From NCBI GenBank assembly GCA_903813345.2, contig CAIIXF020000001.1:24490001-24554000 (forward strand): DNA of 64,000 nt. Reading direction: 5' to 3'. Position numbers and translations under genes: made by a program. Below are positions 53,765-64,000 of the stretch, piece by piece. This stretch comes from Owenia fusiformis (lineage: Eukaryota). Each line of letters starts with the position of its first letter. Position 1 is the stretch's first letter. The notes under the pieces are model-generated. The model was not told the origin of the DNA, searched no databases, and saw only the letters and a list, made by a program, of their open reading frames with translations.

Positions 53765-54526
53765 CTAGCTGTGTTCCTCGCATCGTCGATGTGAAGTAGT
53801 GGGCGGGGTGTCGTCCAGCTTTTTACTACAGGCTAATCTCATAATACACAATATAACAAAGACAACTCCAATGAATCCACCTACAATGATGGCAGCTATG
53901 ATGTATATGCCCCAATCACGTCCAGTTCTGATGGTAATACAACGTCTATCAAGCGAGCTAAAATCTTCGACTATCATGTGACTAACTTCTCCATTATATG
54001 CGACACACAAACGGTACTCTCCCAAGCTCTGGAGACCGTCTATCATCACGTTTGATTTACAGCCTATCTCTACTTGTTGTATTGGGATGGAAGCATTTGT
54101 TATATTCTCAAAACTGAACATTTGCAACACTAAAACCGTGTAGTTGGAGAGGCAGTGTGGGTCAATAAAGGATACTTTCACATTATAATATATACTTTCA
54201 GTGTCTATTTCGGTGGTTACTTGTAACATATCAACGCTCGTACAAGTGTCGCCGTAAAGGTATTCATAAAAGCACTGACATCTATTTAAAGACGCGTTAT
54301 TATTCTTGTCAATTGTACAATTTGTTCTTGTCCCAAGACAGCTGGTATCACAGTTAGATGCAACTTGTTGAATGCATACCAATAACATTGCAAATGTGAA
54401 TAATGACTGCAACGACCACGAGGGGCCTCTAAAAAATGTATTGCACAGACCACCATTTCCTTTATTTTGTGTTGGATATATTCCAATTGATAGTTCACAC
54501 CTGATCTCGTCTATTGCCTTTGACAT
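53765..54526 (-). CDS. Type I single-pass membrane protein with EGF-like and FN3-like domains (about 253 aa)
   Basis: Acceptor tacactttcag|GAGATG on the minus strand places the ATG at 54526. Hydrophobic signal-like segment (LFTFAMLLVCIQQVAS), 6-Cys EGF-like motif CDTSC-x6-C-x12-CQC-x9-C, FN3-like segment (Y..LV...GL..LGEYRLCV...C.TIRT), TM WGIYIIAAIIVGGFIGVVFVILCIM, short cytosolic tail. Confidence 0.8.
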   Translation of the reverse strand: MSKAIDEIRCELSIGIYPTQNKGNGGLCNTFFRGPSWSLQSLFTFAMLLVCIQQVASNCDTSCLGTRTNCTIDKNNNASLNRCQCFYEYLYGDTCTSVDMLQVTTEIDTESIYYNVKVSFIDPHCLSNYTVLVLQMFSFENITNASIPIQQVEIGCKSNVMIDGLQSLGEYRLCVAYNGEVSHMIVEDFSSLDRRCITIRTGRDWGIYIIAAIIVGGFIGVVFVILCIMRLACSKKLDDTPPTTSHRRCEEHS

Positions 54527-54881
54527 CTCCTGAAAGTGTAATCCGTAGAATGACATGTAATGGCATGTGACATCACTTGGTAAAAATGTTAAAATAATAT
54601 AGAATAAAATGTTTAATATACTGCAAAATAAGTTGCATTAAGAGAGAATCATAGAGAATATTTTTTCCTGTATAATAGGCAGTTATTTTTTGTATTATAG
54701 CGGAAAAAAAATATAATACGTATTTTGAAGAATTATTTTTGATTTAATAATATTATTTGTGTATTATTTAAAGGGAACAACATATAATACCATATAATAT
54801 AGAATAATATTTTTGTCAGGAGCAAATAATATGTTGGCATCTGCAATCAAAAACCGATTATACGCGTTTATTTTCGAGCCG

Positions 54882-57335
54882 TTAATCCCTAATTATTCAA
54901 TTTCTATGAAATGAGTTTCATTCATACTTATACTTAAGTAATTAATCCGTTTGTTATGGTTAATGGATTAATCTCTACAGCTGATGGCTCTAAAAAATTC
55001 CACAAAAATAATTTGCAGAATAAGTTTTTACATATATATTTGATTGTATAATGTCCCTCATGTTATGATTAACATTGTGTTAAATTTTTGATTCAATCAA
55101 TTAATTCATTGTAAAGTTAATTTTTGAATTTTTAATTAATTGGTTTTCCTCACATTTTTATTCCATTGTTTCTCTGTCACATTAGGTTTTTGGCAAACAA
55201 CTCTTAAATCCCCCTCTTACACAGATACAAACAACCACCTGTATTCACATTGCCAACAAAAAACGGTCATGACACAGACTGCTCAATAATTAATAAACAC
55301 ATCACGCATTTTATACAGAACCATACTTAAGGACCCCCCTCCCCGTGGCCAACGATTCTTTCAAATTCATATAGTTTTTCAACATTCACATACATGTATT
55401 GACATTCCAGAGCAATATAATAAGTCAAACTTTAATCCCTAATTATTCAATTTCTATGATTTGAGTTTTGTTCACACCGATAAATAATCTGTTTGTTAGA
55501 GTTAATGGATTAATTTCTACAGCCGATGGTTCTAATTTCAACCAAAAAATAATTTGCAAATTTAGTTTTTCATATTTATTTGATCGTATAATGTCCCTTA
55601 TGTTATAATTAAAATTGTGTTAAAATTTGGATTTAATTGATTGACTCAATGGAAAGTTAATTTTTAATCAATGGCTTTCCTCACACTTTTACTCCATTTG
55701 GTTTCCTCACAATTTAAAACAATAGTTTCTCTGTCAAATTAAGCTTACAACAAACAAGACTTAAAGCCCTCTCTCACACAGACACAAACACCTTTATTCA
55801 CTTCACAAACAACACAAAACATTGATGACACGAAACTGCTATATATCAATACATTACAAATTTGATACAGGTCCATGGCAAGGAAGGGGGGGGGGGGGGT
55901 CGTTGGGTTCGATTAAATCACCCTCCCCTTGCCAAAATTCTTTCAAAATCCTATTATCAATTGTGAACCCTTGGTATGTTTTGAAAATTGATCCGCTTGG
56001 CTAAAACTTATTACAAGCCTGTAATATATTGTATGTTTTGCTCCGATTTTTCTGACAAATCACTGATAATAAATAAGGAAACGTCCATTAGGTTAACCGA
56101 TACAAGTGGTGTTAATCCATGCTAAAACAAAATAAGAACTTGTATTCTCTCACATTTCACAATTCGTGTGTTTTCTGTTATCCATATAATATCTGAGATA
56201 TAAACCGGGGATATCCCGGGAGGGGGGATATAAACATCAGATTAGTACATGATGTTGTACATTTGTTTCTACTAGAATTGGATCATTTCTTTTTATTACA
56301 ACTTTCTTTGTTTTCCATTTCCAAATATATATATTCAAAAGGTGCGAGATTCGGTATGTTTAGTTGTTTGATAATGAAAATAAATAAGTGGGCACAATTT
56401 AATGTTTCATCTGACAAAGCAATGATTACGCTTTTGAGCAAATTGGTGCATGGTAGAACAAACTGATGTAAATAACATATTGACATACAGCATGTCAGAG
56501 CAATATGATAAGTAAAATGTTAATCCCTAATTATTTAATTTTTTTTAATATGAGCTTCATTAACACTGACAACTAATCTGTTTGTTGGAGGCAATGGATT
56601 AATTTCCTACAGCCAACAGTTCTGAGTTCCACAAAAAAATTATTTGAAAATTAAGTTTTTCATATTTATTTGATTGTATAATGCCCCTTATGTTATGATT
56701 AACATTGTGTTAAAATTTGGATTTAATTGATTGACTCAACGGAAAGTTAAGTTTTAATCAATGGGTTTCCACTCCATTGTTTCTCTGCCACATTAAGTTT
56801 ACAACAAACAACATTTAAGGCCCCTTCTTACACAGAGTGAGACACAAACAACCACCTGTATTCACTTTGCCAACCACACTTTGCCTCTGACACAGAACTG
56901 CTCAATTTTCAGTTAAATACAAGTACATTACGCATTTTATACAGGCCCGTACCTATAGAGTAACGATCCCCTCCCCTTGCCAACAATTCTTTCAAAATCA
57001 TGCAGATTTTCACCATTCACATACATGTATTGATTGAGCAATATAAGTAATACCTTAATCCCTAAGTTTTTTCAATTTCTATGAAATGAGTTTTGTTCAC
57101 TGATAACTAATCCGTTTGTTAGAGTTAATGGATTAATATCTAGAACTGATTCTTCTAATTTCCACAAAAAATAATAATTTGCAAATTAAGTTTTTCATAT
57201 TTATTTGATGGTATAGTGTCCCTCTTTCTATGATTAACATTGTGTTAAAATTTGGATTGAATTGATTAACTCATCGGAAAGTTAATTTTTTGATTTCTAA
57301 TTGATGACTTTTCTTCACATGTTTACTCCATTGTT
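54882..57335. repeat. About 550-bp tandem repeat, about 3.5 copies
   Basis: Unit start TTAATCCCTAA.TATT.AATTT near 54882, 55432, 56520 and 57055; about 520 bp of unrelated sequence interrupts unit 2 (about 55950-56470). Confidence 0.85.
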
Positions 57336-57574
57336 AACATTAATTTTAATCAAATTAAATTTATTAATTTCTTCTAAATATTTATTTTGTAAATATGTTT
57401 CAAATAGAAATAGAACAATCAAAATAAAATGTATGTGTGACATTTGTAAGTAATGGAGATGAGAAGGCCAGTAGAACGGTTAATCCTATTAACTGCCATG
57501 CTGTGCATTCTTTGTTTTGTTTGGTTAAGTAATTAACCAGATGGATTGTACATCAAGTTGGGCGAGAATAATAA

Positions 57575-58885
57575 TTGGGAAACCTTTATAACTCCACACT
57601 TTCTGCTGAAGTTAAAGTCTACAAGGCGTGTCAAACTTTACGCTCGAGTTTTGCCAGTTTAGTAGGTGTTGGTGTACACCCCCGTGGACTAAACCCCTTA
57701 ACAGGAGCTAAACTCGCTCGATGCATTTGTATTCCCACAGCCTTATATGGTGCCGAGCTTTGGTATGAAATGACAAAAACACAAACCCTCCAGCTTGAAA
57801 AAGGTCTCAGATTCATCGCTAAAACGCTGCAAGACCAATCCAAATGGACAAGAACAGACTTAACCTTAGGAATGCTCGGTTTAAACAACATTGAATCAAT
57901 GATAGATAGTAAAAAATTACTCTTTTTAGGACGCCTTATACATCTGAAGCACACTCATTTGGCGAAACGTGTGTTTCTTACCAGACTACATTTAAATGAG
58001 ACGTCCCCTTCCCAGAAGGGGTTTATTCCTGATATTCACAGAATATTAAATAAATACAGTCTAGATTCATTACGCGAATACTTAGTTAGTGGGTATTTTC
58101 CGCCACAAAGAATTTGGAAAAACATTGTAAAACATACAATAAATTCAGTACAAAACTCCGAATGGCAAGATAGAACTTCTAATGATGTTAGTTTTAGTCG
58201 ACTGAGACAAATACAAGATTCAATAGAACCGTGTCCACTTTGGAAACACTCAAAGGTCGTCCCTGGTCTGCTAAAGTTTGCCACTGTAGCCTCAAAACTG
58301 TTAACAATCCCATTAAGTAATGATGAAAACCTGTGTGAGCACTGTGGCGTGCTAACTCCGGATTCGGTTTCACATGGACTGTTGGATTGTTCCAAAACTG
58401 AAGATGCTCGCAATGAAATGCTACACAACTTAAGCGATGTCTTGAACCTTAACAGAATTGGGCTTAAGATAGAGTCGTTAAAAAAGGATTTTCGAGAAAA
58501 CCCCTTTTGTGTGTCAGTGAAAGGCCTCTCCAGCTTATATTTTACAGACAATTCAAAAGTCTTGGCAATTCTCCTACCTTTCTTGTGTACTGTTGTAGAA
58601 CTTTTAAATATTGATCTTACCACTCCATTTTAGAGTGATGCAAATATTTTTTAGAAATGTGACTTTCCACCACTGTTTGTGATTTTTTAATATATACTTT
58701 ATTACTTGTCATTGACATTTTAGATGTGGATTGTTCTTGTTGTTTTGTGTGTTTTTTGTTATTGTCTTAAATTTTTAGATGTGTTTTTATGTCGTTGTTT
58801 TTGGTTAATTTTCACTGTTGTGTTAAATGTTTAAATTTTTGTACTCCATGCTAAATGGGAAATAAAGAGATATAATATAATAATC
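57575..58885 (+). mobile_element. 5'-truncated non-LTR retrotransposon (LINE): post-RT region of the ORF, 3' UTR and tail
   Basis: Open frame 57575-58633 with CIPTALYGAELW..LE..F.AK..Q..T..D..LG...IE..ID.KKL.FLG.L (thumb/post-RT region of LINE ORF2) and a C-terminal CxxC..H..C zinc knuckle. GT-rich UTR, AATAAA at about 58861, (TATAA)-type tail; the frame begins abruptly after a TAA. Confidence 0.82.
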
Positions 58886-59891
58886 TCTATATAATAGAGT
58901 ATATTTTGCTGATTATATTTTTTTCCTTCATAATATAATATAATAATTACAATACTGAATGGAAATACTGTATTATTACGCATCTTTTTACACAAATATC
59001 CGAAAATGAAACATCTTTTTATATATTATTTTATTGATTTCACCAAGTGCATGTATCTCAGATAAGTCTCAACATTTATTGCTGGCACTGTTGCAAAAGT
59101 TATGTAAAAAGTATTAACAATTTTGAGACGGACATTTTTCATCACATTCTCAAAACACCTTTTTCAACTTTTCATCGGAAAAAATATGGCTTCAACAAAG
59201 TGAGGACAAAAAAGCTTAAAGGTGAGGGTTTTTGAAAATGTACTAAATAAACGTTGAACATTTAAACATAGAATATAACGTTTGAAAGATAATACAGTAT
59301 ACATGTTTCTTATGTTTCTTGACAAGATGTTTTCCTAAGATCAGTGAATTTTTACCATTAATTTCAAAAACGAGTCGCAATGAGTGTAGGTTTTGTTGAA
59401 ATTTGAACAACAATATAAAAGTTTAACTTCATTCTATAATTCGTTTTGTTATGGAGCAGCATAACTCCTTAATTAAAAACTTTGGGAATATTGGTAATTT
59501 TAGAAGACCCATGAAGTGTACACACTATATTTCATATGACTAATTTGGGAGGTTGTGAGGTTTTGCTGCATTACATTTGAATAATGACTGTCATAGTCAT
59601 TCAACTACAAGTAAATGAATTGTTTACAAATTAGAACCAAAAGTACAAATGTATTCCAAAAGGCACGGCAAGTTGTATTGAATTTGTTGGAGCACATTAA
59701 AAATAGAACCAACTTAAAGATCTGTAACATATTTAGACGACAGGGAAGTCATGGAAGACGAATATCAGTTCTCGGGCAAGGTATTGAATTTGTTGTTTCG
59801 ATGATGAGACTTTTCCCAATAAATGTGTAAGACGCACAAAACTTGAACCTGTGTTTTGATCATTGATTTATAAAGAATAATAGAAACGTAC

Positions 59892-59970
59892 CTGATTTTG
59901 AGCTCATTTATCTTGTTCTTCGGTCAGTCGTAGCAGAAACTTTCGTTCAGAAGACTCAAGTCTCAGAGAT
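59892..59970 (-). other. Candidate upstream (5' UTR) exon of the EGF/FN3 membrane protein gene
   Basis: Strong minus-strand donor CAG|GTACGT at 59891, in non-repetitive sequence upstream of the 54530 acceptor. The 5' boundary is a guess. Confidence 0.3.
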
Positions 59971-60799
59971 ATTAATATTGGCCGATGGAGACAATCAATA
60001 TACAAACCTGAATATGGCATTAAATCAAATTATTTATTGTCTTATCGTCCCAGACGAAATAAACTCAAAGGTCTGTTATATTCATAAATCGTGTATATCC
60101 ATTGCCAAATAAATGCACATTGTCGTCGTATCCCTCATCTTACAATGTGTATAGATTACACAAGGCTGAGATCGACTTGTTCTGAGATATTTCAATTTAT
60201 TCCGTGTTTATCATACTGATACAATGGACATATTTACACTGAAACTTAAGCACTATCAAACGTTTTGTTGATTTTCCACTTATTTTATCTATTGTACACT
60301 GGTCCAAAGCAGGGTAATATTAACTGGAGTTTGTATCATCCAAGATTGTGGACTATATTAGTTTAATATCATAAATCTACGATACCTACTAAACCAAGTA
60401 AAACCTGAATACCAAATATTTCATCATGCAAACGATTAGGCATAAGGTCCCGATTGGAAACGAGAACAAACAATGATCGCGTAATGATAATAACTCAAAT
60501 GGATGATGATTCTGACTGATACAATATTAATTTCACCATTGATGAAAACACGTAACTCAAACAGTTGAGATTTTTAACATATTTTTCCCACAGTCAGTAT
60601 CATCACCCGTTTCAGTTGGTATCATCACTGCCAAAAATGACATGACGAAATAATTACTTAGAATCAAGGATTCACTTGGTTTGTCTGAAATCGAAGGTTG
60701 ACCTATACCGAACGAATTTAGTTTTTTATCTTGCATCATGCTCTTTGCTGTTCATCTTGCTGTTGACCAGTAGTGTTGATTAGCTAACTAAACACTGGA

Positions 60800-61902
60800 G
60801 GTTATTTTACCGGGAGGGATTGAATATGGGTTTTTATTCCATGATTGTGAAATTCCCTACAATCTGATTGGTGCACGTGACTTAAATATATCCTTATTTA
60901 CACGCACATTCCACTAAGCGTTGGATACAGAGTGAAAAAGACGTCAGCGTTGGGATACGGTCTAGTATCTCAACGCCCCAGATTTCCATCCAGGATATGA
61001 CTATTACCGAAAAAAATCAATGGTGATCAGTTTACACCAACGCATGCTAATATTTGCATTTTGCTAGAAATACCTGATTTGAATATCAGGAAATGATACG
61101 GTGATCATCACAATTTATAATTTTAAAATAAAAAACACACATCTGTGAATATAAAAAGATCAATATAAAGCATGCACATTGTTTTCATGAACTAGTAAAA
61201 AATTTTAAAATCCAATATGGCAGACGAAAGTCGAAAAAACGTTTCGCTACACTGCACTTCCAGCTGATGAAATTGAAGAAAAAAGAAAGAAAATCAAATG
61301 TCTCGTATAATACAATTAAAAGCAAACAACAAGGCCATAAAGGTTTTGAAGGAATATCGATGTAAAATATCTCTGAGGTAACTATTTTTAATAGGCCACC
61401 AGAAGTCATAACTCGAAGTTTAAACTTTTTCATTCCTGTGGTCACTATAGAAGCTTACTAGCCAAACTAGACAAACCGTGCGAAAGCCCCAAGGAGGACG
61501 TACGGTTGACTTGCGACTGTCCTTGGTTTTAGTCAAGAAAATTGAACTCGCCGGGCCGCCCTACTCTGGTCGTGCGTCGTCTTTTATCAGCCGTGAGAAT
61601 GTCAATACATTCATAGAAGAACAGGCAAATGGGAACAAAGCAAGGAAAACAAGACTCGACGTCAACATATTCACAGATGTTTTGAAAATAAAATGAAATG
61701 TTTTTTTTGAAATGGTTGGTTGATTGGCACTTAAGATAGTTTAATGAGCGAACTTCGGAGAAAATAGAACATCAAATGTTTTTTCGTTACATTTTCATCC
61801 ACTCATTATCAATATCTGTACTCATTCGTTACGCTCACTCATACATAGATATAATTACTCGTGGAAAAAGGATATCACTCAAAATCATAGGATATCCTAT
61901 AT
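60800..61902 (+). mobile_element. Crypton-like (DUF3504 tyrosine-recombinase type) remnant
   Basis: Two short decayed frames resemble the N-terminus of Crypton/ZMYM-type proteins (..RFA..DEIEEKRK..NTIK.NNKAIKVLKEY at 61217-61360; FIEEQANGNKARKTRLDVNIF at about 61610-61675). The terminal hairpin is shared with 19570-19713. Confidence 0.45.
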
Positions 61903-62230
61903 AAACACTCATTATGCCTATCAAAAAATGGTAAAAAAAGGTAAAAAGATCAAGATATCCAGATATAATCCTTTAAATCTATGGTAGACATTTAAACACA
62001 TATCGACTGAAGTACGGCCATCGTGGAACCTTTATGCGGTTTAGCTACGGCTTGCATTTGTACGGGCTGTAAAAAGTGAATACGCCGCACGGAGACTTCA
62101 AGACAGCCGTAGTTTTCCTACGGTCGCTGTAGAAATTTACCGATTTCAGGGAACTGCGACCGACGTGTGATCGTCACAGAGCAAATGTACTGACGGATGT
62201 TTTAAAGGATACAATAATCAGGATACATAA

Positions 62231-63283
62231 TATACTGACAACCTAAAATGAAAAATTTGCGGGAGATTTTTTGAAAAATTGCGGTACTTTTACGGAAGGC
62301 TTTTTTAAAATCCGGTAGATTTTGCGGGAGTTTTTTTTAATAAGGCGGGAGCTTTAACGGGAAAAAACTAGTTTTACGGTAGATTTTGATAAAAACGGTA
62401 GTTTTACGGTAGATTTTGAATTGCGGTAGTTTTTTACGTTAGCTATTTTAAAAAGGGTAGTTTTCGCAGTAGATTCTAAAAAACGTGAGATTTTCAAAAA
62501 ACGGGAGTCTTTGAGGTAGATTTAAAAACAGGAGTTTTTCCGGTAGGTTCTGAAAATTTAATGCGAATGCGCAAAAACCAAACCTAATAAAAATGGAACC
62601 TTGCCCAAATTGCCCCTAGGGCCAAATCGAGTAGGGATCAGGTCCGGGAATCGGGTTGTGCCCGATTGTGTTCAGTGATTGCATTTGGTGTAATCTCAAG
62701 TTGGAGAAAGTTAGTGGTGTATATTGGTATTTCATTTTGGAAGTGTTTTATAGATTGTGCCTGGATTTGTGTTTTATTGGTTTGTTGTATCAGGTTATGC
62801 GTCCTTCACTGATCATAACAAACTCATTAACCCAATCACGAAAACTATAAACGCTATAAAAAGTAGTTCTAATCATTATTGTCATCAGGTTTTCACTAGT
62901 TTTGTATCATATAATCACGTGAACAATCATGAGCACGTGTGCTTTCCTGCGAAACTGAGAGTAAAAGAAAGAAGTGTGACTCCAATAATCACGGTCACTT
63001 TGAAAATACAGTAGATTTCGACAGCATAAACGGGAGATTTTACGGGAGCTTAACCAAGAATACGAGAGATTTCGCGGGAGATTTCAGAAAAAATACGGGA
63101 GATTTTACGGCCATTTTCACAGGAAAAAACGAGTTGAGAAAAAATAAATTACGGGAGATTTTAGTAGATATACGGTACGGGAGTTTTTACGTGGGTGATA
63201 ACAATACGGGAGTTTGTTATGTTTTACGGAAAAACAAAAAATTACGGGAGATTCCAGTAAAAAATGGGAGGTTGACAGGTCTG
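62231..63283. mobile_element. Non-autonomous TIR element with dense ACGG(G/T)AG subterminal repeats (hAT-like)
   Basis: Termini TATACTGACAACCT / AGGTTGACAGGTCTG; many CGGGAGATTT and CGGTAGATTT units at 62258-62550 and 63010-63270. Confidence 0.6.
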
Positions 63284-63529
63284 TAATATAGTACTTCTAT
63301 TACTGACCACACTTTAGATTAGATATTAAATACAACTGCAGAACTGACTCAAATTAGTCCCATGATCAAGAGTAATAATATCCTTCTATTGATTACTGTA
63401 CATTCCTTCCACAAATGGCAACCGAAAGGCCCTATATTGGGTAGCGTATAAAAGCTTACTTATATTTAAATCTTAATTTTGTCTTGTTGAAAAATGACAT
63501 AAGATGAATTTTCAAACATCTTCATATAA

Positions 63530-63672
63530 GGCCTCGGTCATATTTGCTCTATGGCGGCCGTAGCTTCACAAAATTGATATAGAAAATCTCTATCATACGC
63601 AATGCGTATATTTTATGCTGTATATTTCTCCCGATAAGCAACGGCTGACGAAGATCAAATGTGACTGAGGCA
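63530..63672. mobile_element. Short Harbinger-like MITE
   Basis: TAA|GGCCTCGGTCATATTTG ... CAAATGTGACTGAGGCA|TTA. Confidence 0.65.
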
Positions 63673-64000
63673 TTAGGGACCTTACTTTAACACACGATCA
63701 GAGTGGGGACTTCAGGATGCTAAACTTTTGTGGGAGAATATTTTTAATTTACAAACAATGTCATATATAGATTTAGTGACTGTGAAATATATTTCTGATC
63801 CAATTGTGAAATTTGTACAAGTGAACACTTTTAAAGTAGAGCGAAAGTGAAAATCGTAATCATTTTTGTTATTGACATTTAAAACCGGAACATTGCTCTT
63901 CACTTTGCCATTCAATGCGTGATCCCCGAATTACTCACTTATAAGACAATGGGTATTTAGATAAAAGTTCGGCTAATAGGTGCTTGTATCGAAAGTTCTT

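Larger units (their letters stand above)
54574..59049. mobile_element. CMC (EnSpm/Chapaev3-like) non-autonomous element, 4.5 kb, carrying a tandem array and a nested LINE
   Basis: CAT|CACTTGGTAAAAAT..AAAATAATAT ... ATATTATTTTATTGATTTCACCAAGTG|CAT (3-bp TSD); AT-rich subterminal regions. Confidence 0.75.

Noticed and set aside
54527-54556. ORF-track start MSFYGLHFQE for the membrane protein
   Set aside because: Lies over a polypyrimidine tract and CAG acceptor; more likely intron, with the next ATG (54526) or an upstream exon used.
58036-58623. 195-aa and 107-aa minus-strand ORFs
   Set aside because: Antisense shadows of the LINE ORF.
62656-63286. Cluster of short ORFs (64-115 aa)
   Set aside because: Low-complexity translations of transposon subterminal repeats.

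Overview
AT-rich eukaryotic (animal, probably marine invertebrate; inferred) genomic DNA. Two protein-coding genes face each other. (1) On the + strand, a spliced class A (rhodopsin-like) peptide GPCR spans 3926-40310. Five shared coding exons join in frame through canonical GT-AG introns, followed by two paralogous, tandemly duplicated terminal exons (36099-36347 and 40035-40310), each encoding TM7, helix 8 and a different C-tail. The predicted isoforms are 427 and 436 aa. (2) On the - strand, a single coding exon encodes a type I membrane protein with EGF-like and FN3-like domains (53765-54526). The remainder is dominated by non-autonomous transposons: Tc1/mariner foldbacks, Kolobok-, Harbinger-, hAT-, CMC/EnSpm- and Transib-like elements, Helentron-type elements carrying satellite arrays, Crypton-like remnants, a 5'-truncated LINE, and a Penelope-like inverted repeat pair carrying two minimal hammerhead ribozymes. 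Many elements are nested. Superfamily assignments rest on termini and TSD patterns read by eye, not on database searches.
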